62,724 bases of DNA from a virus (taxonomy: Duplodnaviria; Caudoviricetes), in the IMG/VR virus record IMGVR_UViG_3300025018_003784, positions 1-62,724 of that record; one strand, given 5' to 3'. Shown here piece by piece: positions 1 through 9,389 of this stretch. The notes under the pieces were generated by a model. That model was not told the origin of the DNA. It worked only from the letters and a program-made list of their open reading frames with translations, and searched no databases. The translations under genes were made by a program, and so were the position numbers. Every line of letters begins with the position of its first letter. Position 1 is the stretch's first letter.

Positions 1-561
1 ATGAATTTCTCCCCCTTTGCAAGTAAAGCTATTGGTGATCTAACGAAATTATCTGTTTGGTGGTTAAAATTAGGAATTCGACCTGAAAGAATTGAACCAG
101 GAAAGCCAGGACAAAATGGTCGTCATGAAAGGATGCATAGAACTCTTAAGGAAGAGACAGCTCTTCCTCCACAATCTTCTTTAAAGCAACAGCAAATAGC
201 ATTTGATGAGTTTATAAAAGAATTTAATACAATGCGACCTCATGAAGCTTTAGCATTCGAAACTCCTTCAAAAATTTACAAACCATCTAAACGAGAATAC
301 TAATCCTTCATGAATGATGTAGGGTATCCAACAGATGTAGTTAGAAATAAAGTTCATGAAAGTGGATTTGCCCAATGTTGTTCAAATAGAGTGTTCTTTG
401 AAAATCCATTGATCGGTGAAATTGTAGGATTTGAAGAAATATCGGATAGGCATGTAAAGATTCATTTTTACCAAGTTAGCCTTGGAGTAATTGATATGTA
501 TACTGGAAAGTTGTTGCAATATAAAAACCCCAAGATATCGTCATCATTGTCGGGAACATGA
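1..561 (+). pseudogene. IS481-family DDE transposase, 3' part, interrupted by in-frame stop at 301-303
   Basis: rve core motif 'PGKPGQNGRHERMHRTLKEE...FNTMRPHEAL'. ORFs 1..303 and 310..561 are in the same frame, separated by TAA. Confidence 0.85.
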
Positions 562-577
562 TCTATTTGTAATAAAT

Positions 578-627
578 TGTAAAGCATGTTTTGAGATAGA
601 GCTGTAAAGTATGTGCGAGTACACTCA
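578..627 (+). mobile_element. Probable right end of the IS481-family element
   Basis: Tandem TGTAAAG(C/T)ATGT at 578 and 603 just downstream of the transposase, ending ...ACACTCA. Confidence 0.55.
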
Positions 628-768
628 ATTCGGGAATGTCCCTAAAGCGACATAATATCTATATAAGGAAGTAACTTTATGTCTTATTACGATGTTGAAA
701 TAGATTTAGTCAATTTATTTCCTTAACATTGAATAAATGATCGATTCTTCATACTCGAAAATTATAGT

Positions 769-1152
769 ATGAAAGAAAAAAATGTAATAAACCAAACCAG
801 TCGTCCAACTAATTTAGCCTATCTAAATCATGGTCGCATACCTGTAGTAGAGAAGGATCTAATTCCTTCAGCCTATATTACTGTCCAAAAAGCAGAGAGA
901 ATCAATACCGCTCTCAACCAATTTGTTGATTCGATTCAATCAATGATAAGTGAAGTGCGGTCTTATTCTTCTTCTGCAAAATATCTACTAGAAAACTTAA
1001 AAGAAAGAAATGATGAAGAGTCCGAAAAGCTCAAGGACCTTCATAAACGTCTCTTGGGTGGAACTCTTCTTTCGATGATAAATGCTAACCTCGAATCGAT
1101 GGATATCACGATCCAGGGGCTAAAATCCAAAGTCAATGGTGGCGTTGAATGA
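769..1152 (+). CDS. hypothetical early protein (helical)
   Basis: ORF, first of co-oriented early genes. Confidence 0.6.
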   Translation: MKEKNVINQTSRPTNLAYLNHGRIPVVEKDLIPSAYITVQKAERINTALNQFVDSIQSMISEVRSYSSSAKYLLENLKERNDEESEKLKDLHKRLLGGTLLSMINANLESMDITIQGLKSKVNGGVE

Positions 1153-1155
1153 ATT

Positions 1156-1365
1156 ATGGAACATCAATATCGTGCATCAATTTTCAAGCTCAGGAAAGTT
1201 TTATCAGACAAAAATGGAGATCCATATTGGGAAGTTATAGATGGATCAGGGAAGGTAGTTTATCTTCACGGAACCAAGGCTTGGTGTGTGGATTGGATAA
1301 TAGGACAAAACTTTTGGAAGGAGCTAAGATATGAATCGAGTAATCAAATTCAAGAAGCTTCCTGA
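1156..1365 (+). CDS. hypothetical protein
   Basis: ORF; looks more protein-like than the overlapping 1149..1334 frame. Confidence 0.45.
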   Translation: MEHQYRASIFKLRKVLSDKNGDPYWEVIDGSGKVVYLHGTKAWCVDWIIGQNFWKELRYESSNQIQEAS

Positions 1366-1465
1366 TGGTTTCATTCTAATATCCATAGACGGATGGATTC
1401 AAGGAGTTGTGAATAATCTAAATCAAGCTAAAAAATATGCGGAGGTTTGTAACTATGGAAAATAA
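1331..1465 (+). CDS. small hypothetical protein (44 aa, MNRVIKFKKLPDGFILISIDGWIQG...), not in ORF track
   Basis: AGGAG upstream of ATG 1331; fills the gap to the antirepressor. Confidence 0.45.
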   Translation: MNRVIKFKKLPDGFILISIDGWIQGVVNNLNQAKKYAEVCNYGK

Positions 1466-2240
1466 TCATATTGATTTGCGAGAATTTAATTTTTCTGGAA
1501 ATGGAATCCGTATTGTAATAATTGAAAACGAACCTTGGTTTGTAGCGAAAGATATATGCAATGCATTAGAACATACAGATTCAAGGAAAGCAGTTTCTAG
1601 GCTAGATGAGGACGAAAAGCTGATGGGAACAATGTTCCTATCAGGTCAGCAAAGAGAGACTTGGTTCATTAACGAGCAAGGTCTTTACATTTTGGTATTT
1701 ACCTCTAGAAAGCCAGAAGCTAAATCTTTTGTAAAATGGATTAAAAACGAAATACTGCCATCTATTCGTAAAACGGGAAGCTACTCCGTTGAAAAAACTC
1801 AAGAAATAGAAGATCCGAAGTATCTGGTTGCTAAAGCTCTAATTGCTGCTAGCAAGATGATTGAAGAAAAAGATGCTGAAATCTTGGAATTAAAACCCAA
1901 AGCTGATTTTGCTGATTACATTCATTCAAATTCCAAAACCTATTCCTTTCGGGAAGCTGCAAAGCTTTTAGGATTCAAAGATATAGGAGAGAAGACTCTT
2001 TTCCAATTTTGCAGAGATCAGCAATTCCTCATGCTTAATAACGAACCTTACCAAACTTATATGGCACAAGGTTTATTTAAACAAGTAACGGAAAAATTCG
2101 AGAAAGCCTCGGGTGATCAAGGTGTTTATTTAAAAACTGTAATTACAGGAAAAGGTTTGGATATTGTTTCAAAAAAGCTTAGCGAAAAAGGCTATAGCAG
2201 AGTAAACGAGTTCGTATTGGAGGAAGCACTATTAGTTTAA
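1455..2240 (+). CDS. phage antirepressor, Bro-N plus ANT/KilAC domains
   Basis: 'EPWFVAKDICNAL...INEQGLYILVFTSRKPEAKSFVKWI' (Bro-N) and 'KPKADFAD...AAKLL...ITGKG' (ANT). GGAGG at 1441 favours ATG 1455. Confidence 0.9.
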   Translation: MENNHIDLREFNFSGNGIRIVIIENEPWFVAKDICNALEHTDSRKAVSRLDEDEKLMGTMFLSGQQRETWFINEQGLYILVFTSRKPEAKSFVKWIKNEILPSIRKTGSYSVEKTQEIEDPKYLVAKALIAASKMIEEKDAEILELKPKADFADYIHSNSKTYSFREAAKLLGFKDIGEKTLFQFCRDQQFLMLNNEPYQTYMAQGLFKQVTEKFEKASGDQGVYLKTVITGKGLDIVSKKLSEKGYSRVNEFVLEEALLV

Positions 2241-2248
2241 TTTAATTG

Positions 2249-2337
2249 AAAAAAGAAAATCCCCAATGAGAGTCGGTAGTCCAACACTTTCGTCTCATTG
2301 GGGATGAACCGTACCAGGAGTCGGCAGGGTTTCATCA
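2249..2337 (-). ncRNA. candidate antisense sRNA (two hairpins plus U-tract) with an anti-RBS loop
   Basis: 13-bp perfect IR 2259-2271/2293-2305 followed by a T-run on the minus strand. Second hairpin loop carries ACTCCTGGTAC. Weak minus-strand TTGACC-N18-CAAAGT at 2367-2338. Confidence 0.45.
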
Positions 2338-2406
2338 ACTTTGTCTCTTTGTTAGCTTCTTGGTCAAGCGAAAATATTTAAAAAATCTTTGTACCAGGAG
2401 TAAGTA

Positions 2407-3420
2407 ATGAACGAGATTACTACTAAAAATTCAAGCCCTACTATTCAAGATTCAGTAGAATCAAGAATAGCAGTTTTAAAACAAAACATCGATATCGTTA
2501 AGCGAATGATGTCTGAAGTTTTGAAAGAGAATGAGCACTATGGAGTGATTCCTGGTACTCAACGACCAACCTTGTTGAAACCAGGAGCTGAAAAATTGCT
2601 CTTTGTTTTTCGACTCGGTGCTAAATATAACACGATTACAATCGATAGAGGCGACGGTCATAGAGAATACAATTCTGATTGTACTATTTATGATATCTCT
2701 AATGGACAAGAACTTGGAACGGCTTCAGGATCGTGTTCAACATTAGAATCTAAATATAGATATCGTAATGTTTCTGATTTTGAAGTTCTCGATGAAGAAA
2801 TCCCTAAAGATGCAAAGGAGAAAAAGAAGGAATACAGAAGTCAAGGACTTGGAATGAAACAAGTCGATGGAGTATGGAGATGGGTAAGATACCGAGACTC
2901 GCAAAGAACTGAGAATCCTGATATCGCTGATGTATATAACACGGCTCTAAAGATGTCTCAGAAAAGAGCACTGATAGCCACTACTCTTAATGTCCTAGCT
3001 GTTTCCGATATGTTCACTCAGGATACCGAAGATTTCTTGGATACTCCTGACGGTAGAGTAGACAAAAGAACTGGTGAATTTGTAGGCGAACCATCCTCAA
3101 ACAAAGGACATGGTTCTCAGAATAAAAACCAAGCTGCAAATAATCCAAATAATTCAACTAAAGCAAAAGGGAATGGGAATTCACTAACTCCACAACAGTC
3201 ATATAATTCACTTCTTGAGATGCTCGAGCAACTCAAGGATAACAAAGAAAATCTTTCGGAAGTAGAATTAATAACCAAACTCCTTGAGATTAAAAATTCA
3301 TGGGTCAATAGAAAGCACCAAGACCCTGTTAATACAAATGGATTAGTAGAAATTAATAAGTTATTAGGTGCATTGGGTTATAGTCCTGAACCACAAATTC
3401 CACAGGCAGGTGCAGCATGA
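2407..3420 (+). CDS. putative single-strand annealing/recombination protein
   Basis: 'PTLLKPGAEKL' and 'NTALKMSQKRALIA...SDMFTQD' motifs, disordered C-terminal part, upstream of a nuclease. Confidence 0.65.
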   Translation: MNEITTKNSSPTIQDSVESRIAVLKQNIDIVKRMMSEVLKENEHYGVIPGTQRPTLLKPGAEKLLFVFRLGAKYNTITIDRGDGHREYNSDCTIYDISNGQELGTASGSCSTLESKYRYRNVSDFEVLDEEIPKDAKEKKKEYRSQGLGMKQVDGVWRWVRYRDSQRTENPDIADVYNTALKMSQKRALIATTLNVLAVSDMFTQDTEDFLDTPDGRVDKRTGEFVGEPSSNKGHGSQNKNQAANNPNNSTKAKGNGNSLTPQQSYNSLLEMLEQLKDNKENLSEVELITKLLEIKNSWVNRKHQDPVNTNGLVEINKLLGALGYSPEPQIPQAGAA

Positions 3421-3848
3421 TGGAAATTCAATGGCCCGAAAATTTTGAAGATAAAGATAAGGCGATTAAGTTTTTAGCCAGTGTCTTTGATCGATTGAAT
3501 TATGAACCTGAGTGGTTATTTGATGAAAATGATCCATTAGATCATATTGAATATGTCAACAAAATGTATCCAGGATACATAATTTCTAGGAAAGAAGTTG
3601 CTGATGAATTAACTCTTATTTTCGAAAAACGAGAAAGAATTAACCAAAGAAATCGACTTCAAAGATTAAAAGAAGAGGCGACATCAAAGCAACTTTTCCG
3701 AGTTCCTTTCTTTGATTGGTTAGTCGCAAACTATTGTGTAATCCAAAATCTTCATCCTCAAGATGCGATTGAAAAAGCTAACAAAGTAATAAATTCACTT
3801 TATCCGTTGGCTACTGAGGAAGAGGAGGCTAATACAAATGGTAACTGA
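3417..3848 (+). CDS. hypothetical protein
   Basis: ORF, ATGA-coupled to the previous gene. Confidence 0.7.
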   Translation: MMEIQWPENFEDKDKAIKFLASVFDRLNYEPEWLFDENDPLDHIEYVNKMYPGYIISRKEVADELTLIFEKRERINQRNRLQRLKEEATSKQLFRVPFFDWLVANYCVIQNLHPQDAIEKANKVINSLYPLATEEEEANTNGN

Positions 3849-4173
3849 GAATAAATCACAGGCAAGGGATTTAGAAATCCTTTTTGGTAAATTTACTGGC
3901 AGTAGAGTTAGACGCAATAGCGTTCGTCATCTTTCAAGAATTAAGAAAATAATAAATAACCTCAGGGATTGCTATGTGGTTATTAACCAACAAAAAGCAG
4001 ATAAAGCTTATTTATTAGATCAAATTTCCCAAAGAGATTTGATGATAGATGACTGTCACGAAACAATGCTAGGTGCTCAAGACATCATTAAGGCTTTAGA
4101 GCAAAAGGTCTTAGAAGTATCCAAAGAAAGAGATCGATTGAAGGCTCACGTTAAATTGGAGGTTGTCGCATGA
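3838..4173 (+). CDS. hypothetical coiled-coil protein
   Basis: ORF with GGAGG RBS. Confidence 0.7.
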   Translation: MVTENKSQARDLEILFGKFTGSRVRRNSVRHLSRIKKIINNLRDCYVVINQQKADKAYLLDQISQRDLMIDDCHETMLGAQDIIKALEQKVLEVSKERDRLKAHVKLEVVA

Positions 4174-5402
4174 ATGAAGTAGTAGACCTCTTATCTAAGA
4201 GGGATAAAATACTAGCGAATAAGTTAGAAGAGCTTGAACTAGAAAGATTCTCAATCTCTTCGTTTAATTCCTTTCGAACAAATAGATTCACATGGTATTT
4301 GAGATATGTCCTAGGTTTTCAATCTCAGTATCCAATGGAAAGTGCATGGAGAGGGCAAGCAATAGAACATGCTCTTAACCTAGCAATGCTATCTCAGAAT
4401 GTTCCTGACATAAAGGATCTAATAAAGATAGCGATTGAATCTTATCAAGGGAAGCTCCTAGAAAAGCTCTTTAAAGTTTATCCTAAGACAGTTGACGGAT
4501 TTGATAAAGATTCAATTTCAAAGATGCTCAGAGGTCTACCTAAAGAGCAGTTTCCAGAAAAGTTGAAACTCATAGTTGATACTCATTGGAAAATAAATGC
4601 AGAAGAAAGTCTTCCAGGGTATTTGATCCCCGATCATCCAGATTATGATAAATATCTTAAGAAAGTGGAATCACAATACTCATTAATTGAAGAGTCAATT
4701 CCCGAAGCTTTAAGTTATTTCCTTCCATTAAAAGAACTCAATGGATTTAAAAATCAGAGAAGAATTCAAGCTTCTCCTTCTCATTATGGAATTGCAATTC
4801 CTACTATAGGCTATACTGACTATGAGTTTGATGATTTTGGTTTAGATCTGAAAACTTGTGATCCCAAAATGCTTCCAAAGTCTTGGGATAAAGTTAAATG
4901 GAACTATAAATGCCAAGCTGCATTTTATTCTTCGATAACTGGTAAGCCTTGGAAGATAGTCTTTGCCTCAAAGCTATCATCAGAAGCAAAGAAGATCAAT
5001 CTAATATGTTCAATGGCTCTTAAAGGCTTGAGCATAGATGAAATACCTAATGCTTTTAAGTCAATTAATGGTTCCGGAACAACCAAGCCTACAGTAGAGA
5101 AAATTCTCAAAGAAAATATCATCGATGGAAAGTTTGAATCTCTATCTGCGATTAGAGTTTTCGATCTACCAAATGAAGAAATTCCACAATATGAGTATCT
5201 CAATAAAACTACTGCGGAGGCAATTCTTAGAATGGTCTCTGCATGTAAGAAAGAATCGTTTCTTGAGGATATGAAATATCACTGTTTAGGTGATATTGAA
5301 CAACTTTTCCTAAAGCCTGATGAAATCAGGAAGATTGAAGAAGTTTGGGGATTTAGTTTGCCCGAACCAATCAATGAAGAAGAGGAAAAAGAAGTAGCCT
5401 GA
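4170..5402 (+). CDS. PD-(D/E)XK (RecB/Cas4-like) exonuclease
   Basis: 'FSISSFNSF...WYLRYVLG', 'RGQAIEHAL', 'GYTDY...GLDLKT', 'QAAFY'. Confidence 0.75.
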   Translation: MNEVVDLLSKRDKILANKLEELELERFSISSFNSFRTNRFTWYLRYVLGFQSQYPMESAWRGQAIEHALNLAMLSQNVPDIKDLIKIAIESYQGKLLEKLFKVYPKTVDGFDKDSISKMLRGLPKEQFPEKLKLIVDTHWKINAEESLPGYLIPDHPDYDKYLKKVESQYSLIEESIPEALSYFLPLKELNGFKNQRRIQASPSHYGIAIPTIGYTDYEFDDFGLDLKTCDPKMLPKSWDKVKWNYKCQAAFYSSITGKPWKIVFASKLSSEAKKINLICSMALKGLSIDEIPNAFKSINGSGTTKPTVEKILKENIIDGKFESLSAIRVFDLPNEEIPQYEYLNKTTAEAILRMVSACKKESFLEDMKYHCLGDIEQLFLKPDEIRKIEEVWGFSLPEPINEEEEKEVA

Positions 5403-5496
5403 TACTAACTCCTGGTACAGGTCATAATATCGATGTTCGCCGTGTCGACTTATGATTTCGATTCTCATTCAAACGGCTTTGTAAGGAGAAATTATT

Positions 5497-5883
5497 ATGT
5501 TAGATGACTTATTAGGGCAAATAGCAGAGACCAAGAAAAAAGAACTTGAGTCTTTAGAAGAAAGGAAAAGAGAGATCCTTCAAAGTGATTTATCTCTTAA
5601 GGATGCATTTGATTATTTTTCAGAAAAGAAAGATTTTCGGCCTGGAGATATAATTGAATGGGTTCCTGGTTTAAGTGATAGGACCATCCCTAAAGTAGGG
5701 GATGCTATATTGTTTATTAAATGGCTCTCATCCGAAGAAAAGGAAAAGTTTATTCCCGAGAAGATTGAGTCGATTTCTCAACAGTTCTATAACTTTGACT
5801 GTTTGGTACTGATCAAACATGAGACAATGGGGTTTATCCCAATATATCTAGAATCATGGAGATTGAAAAGAAGGAATCCTTAG
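5497..5883 (+). CDS. hypothetical protein
   Basis: ORF with AAGGAG RBS. Confidence 0.7.
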   Translation: MLDDLLGQIAETKKKELESLEERKREILQSDLSLKDAFDYFSEKKDFRPGDIIEWVPGLSDRTIPKVGDAILFIKWLSSEEKEKFIPEKIESISQQFYNFDCLVLIKHETMGFIPIYLESWRLKRRNP

Positions 5884-5924
5884 GATTACTTTTTATAAAA
5901 CTATGAGACATAAGGAGGATTAGT

Positions 5925-6104
5925 ATGTGTCAATTCATTAACAGTAATTATGTTTTGTTATTATTGTCTTTTGGGCTTCTTTGCTTCATTTTTGGAGTAT
6001 TCTCATCCTTAGTAATAAGGGTAGTAAGACCTCGAAGTAATTCTGACCTAATCCATCTTAATCGAAACTCAGATGGAAAATCAATCTATAGATTTAAGGG
6101 CTAA
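5925..6104 (+). CDS. small single-pass membrane protein (59 aa), not in ORF track
   Basis: AAGGAGG RBS; MCQFINSNYVLLLLSFGLLCFIFGVFSSLVIRVVR... Confidence 0.6.
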   Translation: MCQFINSNYVLLLLSFGLLCFIFGVFSSLVIRVVRPRSNSDLIHLNRNSDGKSIYRFKG

Positions 6105-6112
6105 AAGTTTCA

Positions 6113-6619
6113 ATGGATAATAGTATTTCAAATATCAAAAGAGATTTTTCCTTCGCTCCATTAGCTGCGGTAATGAATTTAGGAGCTGGTGAATCAAAAG
6201 TATGGATGGCTTTGTTCACAATACAAGGAGTCAATACTCATTGCTATCCATCTTTAGATTATATTCGTAAAAGACTAGGATACTGCATTTCGAAAGCAAG
6301 GATTTCTCAGATTACTACTCAACTTGTTAAAAAAGGTTGGTTAGAAAAAATCCGTAAAGGAAGAAGAAATCATTATGTTGTTAAAATTCCATCGGACTTA
6401 TTGTTCCAACCAGACTTTTCAGCTGGTTTAAATTCCGAACAAGCAATCAAACCATCGAAAAATCTACAGACTAAGGAAGTGAAATCAAAATATTCAAAAG
6501 AACACATTGAAGCTGGAAGAGAGATTAATATGAATCCTGAGGACTATGAGTTGTTTTTGAAATCTTACAAAGTAAGCCACTGGAAGGAGTACAGAGATGC
6601 AATCTGCAAAACAGCCTAA
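6113..6619 (+). CDS. winged-HTH protein, phage replication-initiator-like N-terminus
   Basis: 'CYPSLDYIRKRLG...ISQITTQLVKKGWLEKIRKGRRNHY'. Confidence 0.7.
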   Translation: MDNSISNIKRDFSFAPLAAVMNLGAGESKVWMALFTIQGVNTHCYPSLDYIRKRLGYCISKARISQITTQLVKKGWLEKIRKGRRNHYVVKIPSDLLFQPDFSAGLNSEQAIKPSKNLQTKEVKSKYSKEHIEAGREINMNPEDYELFLKSYKVSHWKEYRDAICKTA

Positions 6620-6884
6620 CTCCGTATCTATAGAAATAGTTTTTAACGATTCTCCAGAAGAATTCATAATGAAACATGCCTCAAATCTTGAACGTTATAA
6701 TAAGTTAGGCTTAGAGAATAGAGTTATTTCAATTTTAGAATCTTGGACCAAAAAGAAGATACAAATTCCTAGACCTTTACTTTTTGAAAAATTTGATTCT
6801 TCAATTCAAAGTGAGAACCTTCAGAGAACATTAAATAGAATTAATTCCTTATATTTTTCAGATTCAGGAGAAGCGAGATTATGA
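6597..6884 (+). CDS. hypothetical protein
   Basis: ORF with AAGGAG RBS. Confidence 0.6.
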   Translation: MQSAKQPNSVSIEIVFNDSPEEFIMKHASNLERYNKLGLENRVISILESWTKKKIQIPRPLLFEKFDSSIQSENLQRTLNRINSLYFSDSGEARL

Positions 6885-7561
6885 ACTCAGATCAAGCTCT
6901 CTTTGATTTAAAGGCTTACTATCAATTAGAATCCCATGTATTAACTAAGATTTGGGAGTCTAATTTAACTCCTGGATGTCTGTCAATTGAGGAAAGATGC
7001 GAGTTATATTCTAAAGCTTTTCCTAAATTTCCACCATTAAGATTGTGGAATGGTCGCATTGAAGACATTTGGTTCTTAGGTCGAAATTATCAATCACAGT
7101 CTGCTTACTACGGATCTTATCCAGGCAATTATCTCAAACGAATGGAAACACTTTTTCCAGATCCTTCACCAATACTACATTTATTCTCAGGTTCTCTACC
7201 CGAAGGAAATTACATTCGTTTTGATAGAAAAGCAGAGCTAAATCCAGATGTTATTGGTTCAGCTGAAGAGCTTAGCAAATATTTTGCAGATTATAAATTT
7301 GGACTCATTTTCGCAGATCCACCCTACTCAATAGAAGATGCTGAGCACTATGGGTGCACATTGATCAAGAGAAACATTGTTATAGATGAATGTTGGAAGG
7401 TACTTCTTCCAGGAGGATTTCTTATTTGGTTGGATCAAGTGTGGCCACAGTATTCAAAGAGCAAATGGAATCTGTACGGAAAAATTGGAATTGAGATCAG
7501 TACTAATCATAGATCCAGGTCTGTAACAATATTACAGAAAGTAGGTGATAGATATGAGTAA
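6881..7561 (+). CDS. putative DNA amino (N6-adenine) methyltransferase
   Basis: SAM-binding 'HLFSGS' and catalytic 'FADPPYS'. Confidence 0.75.
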   Translation: MNSDQALFDLKAYYQLESHVLTKIWESNLTPGCLSIEERCELYSKAFPKFPPLRLWNGRIEDIWFLGRNYQSQSAYYGSYPGNYLKRMETLFPDPSPILHLFSGSLPEGNYIRFDRKAELNPDVIGSAEELSKYFADYKFGLIFADPPYSIEDAEHYGCTLIKRNIVIDECWKVLLPGGFLIWLDQVWPQYSKSKWNLYGKIGIEISTNHRSRSVTILQKVGDRYE

Positions 7562-7898
7562 CTTTATCAAATTTTCCACCTTATCATATTATAAACTAAA
7601 AGATATCGTTGATGATCAACCAGTAATATTATTAGAAGTATTTCAAGTTAGTTCAGTTGAAGGGTTAAGTAAATCATTTTTAGATTATGATACAAAATAC
7701 AAAGATGATCAAACCTTAATTGGTGATTCTCATTTTAAATTACCAAAATCTGGATCACTCTTAGTTTTATTATTCATTGATGAAAGAGGTCGATTATTCA
7801 CAACAATTCGGTCAAGGTATGGTAAGAGTGGGGATAAATATACTTACTATAGAAGCAAGAGGAATTGTCATTTCTGGATAGAGAGGGTGAGTGAATGA
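7554..7898 (+). CDS. hypothetical protein
   Basis: ORF overlapping both neighbours. Confidence 0.65.
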   Translation: MSNFIKFSTLSYYKLKDIVDDQPVILLEVFQVSSVEGLSKSFLDYDTKYKDDQTLIGDSHFKLPKSGSLLVLLFIDERGRLFTTIRSRYGKSGDKYTYYRSKRNCHFWIERVSE

Positions 7899-7966
7899 AA
7901 AAGCGACTAACTCACGCTTCCTTATTCTCTGGAATCGGTGGATTTGATTTAACAAGAAAAATGTGA
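7895..7966 (+). pseudogene. 23-codon remnant of a C5-cytosine methyltransferase (motif I only)
   Basis: Translates MKKRLTHASLFSGIGGFDLTRKM*; ATGA-coupled start. Confidence 0.7.
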
Positions 7967-7983
7967 ATAAGAGGAATATATTT

Positions 7984-8223
7984 GTGAAAACTTTATTTTT
8001 AGATTTAGAAGCAACCGGAACTGATCCTGAAAATGATAGAATTATTGAAATTGGTATCGTGAATTATGATCCCGAAGAGGTATTAGATATATCCCTTCTG
8101 GTTAATCCTCTAACGGATTTATCTCAAGAGATAATCAATCTTACAGGGATTTCAAATGATGAACTAAAAAGAAAATTAGAAATTATAAATAACTTCCTAT
8201 CAAAAGAGTTGAAGGTTGCATAA
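7984..8223 (+). pseudogene. truncated DEDDh/DnaQ-like 3'-5' exonuclease
   Basis: ExoI motif 'FLDLEATGTDPENDRIIEIGIV...LTGISNDEL'; ExoII and ExoIII absent. Confidence 0.65.
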
Positions 8224-8547
8224 ATGCCGATTCGACCAGAGAACAAGGAACGTTATCCATCTAACTGGAAAGAAATCTCTTACAGAATTCGATTTGAAAG
8301 AGCAGAGGGATTCTGTGAGTGGTGCGGAGCGGAAAATTACAAACCTCATCCAATCACAGGATCGAAAGTTATTTTAACAACTGCTCATATTAATCATATC
8401 CCTGAAGATTGTAGAGATGAAAACTTAGCAGCACTTTGCCAAAGATGCCATTTGAATCATGACAGACATATTCATATTAAAAATCGAAGAGAGAATCGTG
8501 AGAAAAGAAGATTAGAAAAAGAATTAACATTATTGAAGGCAATATAA
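8224..8547 (+). CDS. HNH endonuclease-like protein
   Basis: 'CEWCG...LTTAHINH...NLAALCQRCHLNHD'. Confidence 0.85.
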   Translation: MPIRPENKERYPSNWKEISYRIRFERAEGFCEWCGAENYKPHPITGSKVILTTAHINHIPEDCRDENLAALCQRCHLNHDRHIHIKNRRENREKRRLEKELTLLKAI

Positions 8548-8548
8548 T

Positions 8549-9385
8549 ATGAATATAGATATTACAAGTCAAAAAATCCTTAATCTACTTCGCAATAAAC
8601 ATGAAGGGCAAAATGATTTATTCTTTAGTGAATTAAATACTGGATCTTCCACAAGAGAGAAAGTAACAAGAATGGATGCATGGACTATGCCTCGATCGTG
8701 GAGTAATCCTGAGTGCACTGCTTATGAGATTAAAGTCTCTAGATCCGATTTCAAAAAGGACGAGAAATGGCAAACATATCTTCCGTATTGTAACTATATA
8801 TATTTCGTCTGTCCTCCTGGAGTTATCCCTATTGAAGATGTTCCACCTGAAGCTGGATTATATGTAACTTCCACAAATGGAACTCGTCTTTTTAAAAAGA
8901 AAATAGCAATGAATAGAAAAGTAGATATACCTATTGAACTATTCAGACTCGCTCTAATGAGGTCAATACCTTCAAAATCTGATGATTCATCACTAGATAT
9001 ATTTGATAAACAAGTTATGAAACTGAAAAAACTCGAAAAGCTCGAAGACTATGTGATGAATGGAGATATAATACGTGAACGAGGTCATCAGCTAAGTTTG
9101 AAAATTCAAGAAATTATTAAAAAACAAATCTTAGATGTTAAAGCAGAGAATAAGAGACTAGAGAACATTATTCATAGTCTCAAAGAGATCGAACAATATA
9201 TTACTTCACTTGGAATTACTAGGGATCAATTGAATTGGGGTTCAAGGAAAGCTAAGGAACTAATTCTTGAGGATCAAAGCGTTATTCCACCAAACCTAAA
9301 TAATAGCATTCAGGCTGTTAAACAGAATTTAGCTATTTTAGAAGAGAACATAAGAAAAGTAGAAAAATTGGAGAAGGTGGGATAA
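8549..9385 (+). CDS. MmcB-like PD-(D/E)XK nuclease with C-terminal coiled coil
   Basis: 'RMDAW...YEIKVSRSDFKKDEKWQTYLPYCNYIYFV'. Confidence 0.75.
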   Translation: MNIDITSQKILNLLRNKHEGQNDLFFSELNTGSSTREKVTRMDAWTMPRSWSNPECTAYEIKVSRSDFKKDEKWQTYLPYCNYIYFVCPPGVIPIEDVPPEAGLYVTSTNGTRLFKKKIAMNRKVDIPIELFRLALMRSIPSKSDDSSLDIFDKQVMKLKKLEKLEDYVMNGDIIRERGHQLSLKIQEIIKKQILDVKAENKRLENIIHSLKEIEQYITSLGITRDQLNWGSRKAKELILEDQSVIPPNLNNSIQAVKQNLAILEENIRKVEKLEKVG

Positions 9386-9389
9386 GCAA

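Noticed and set aside
628-768. Possible divergent repressor gene/promoter left of the early operon
   Set aside because: A minus-strand TTGACT exists near 708-713, but no ORF survives before the IS end; cannot be supported within this window.
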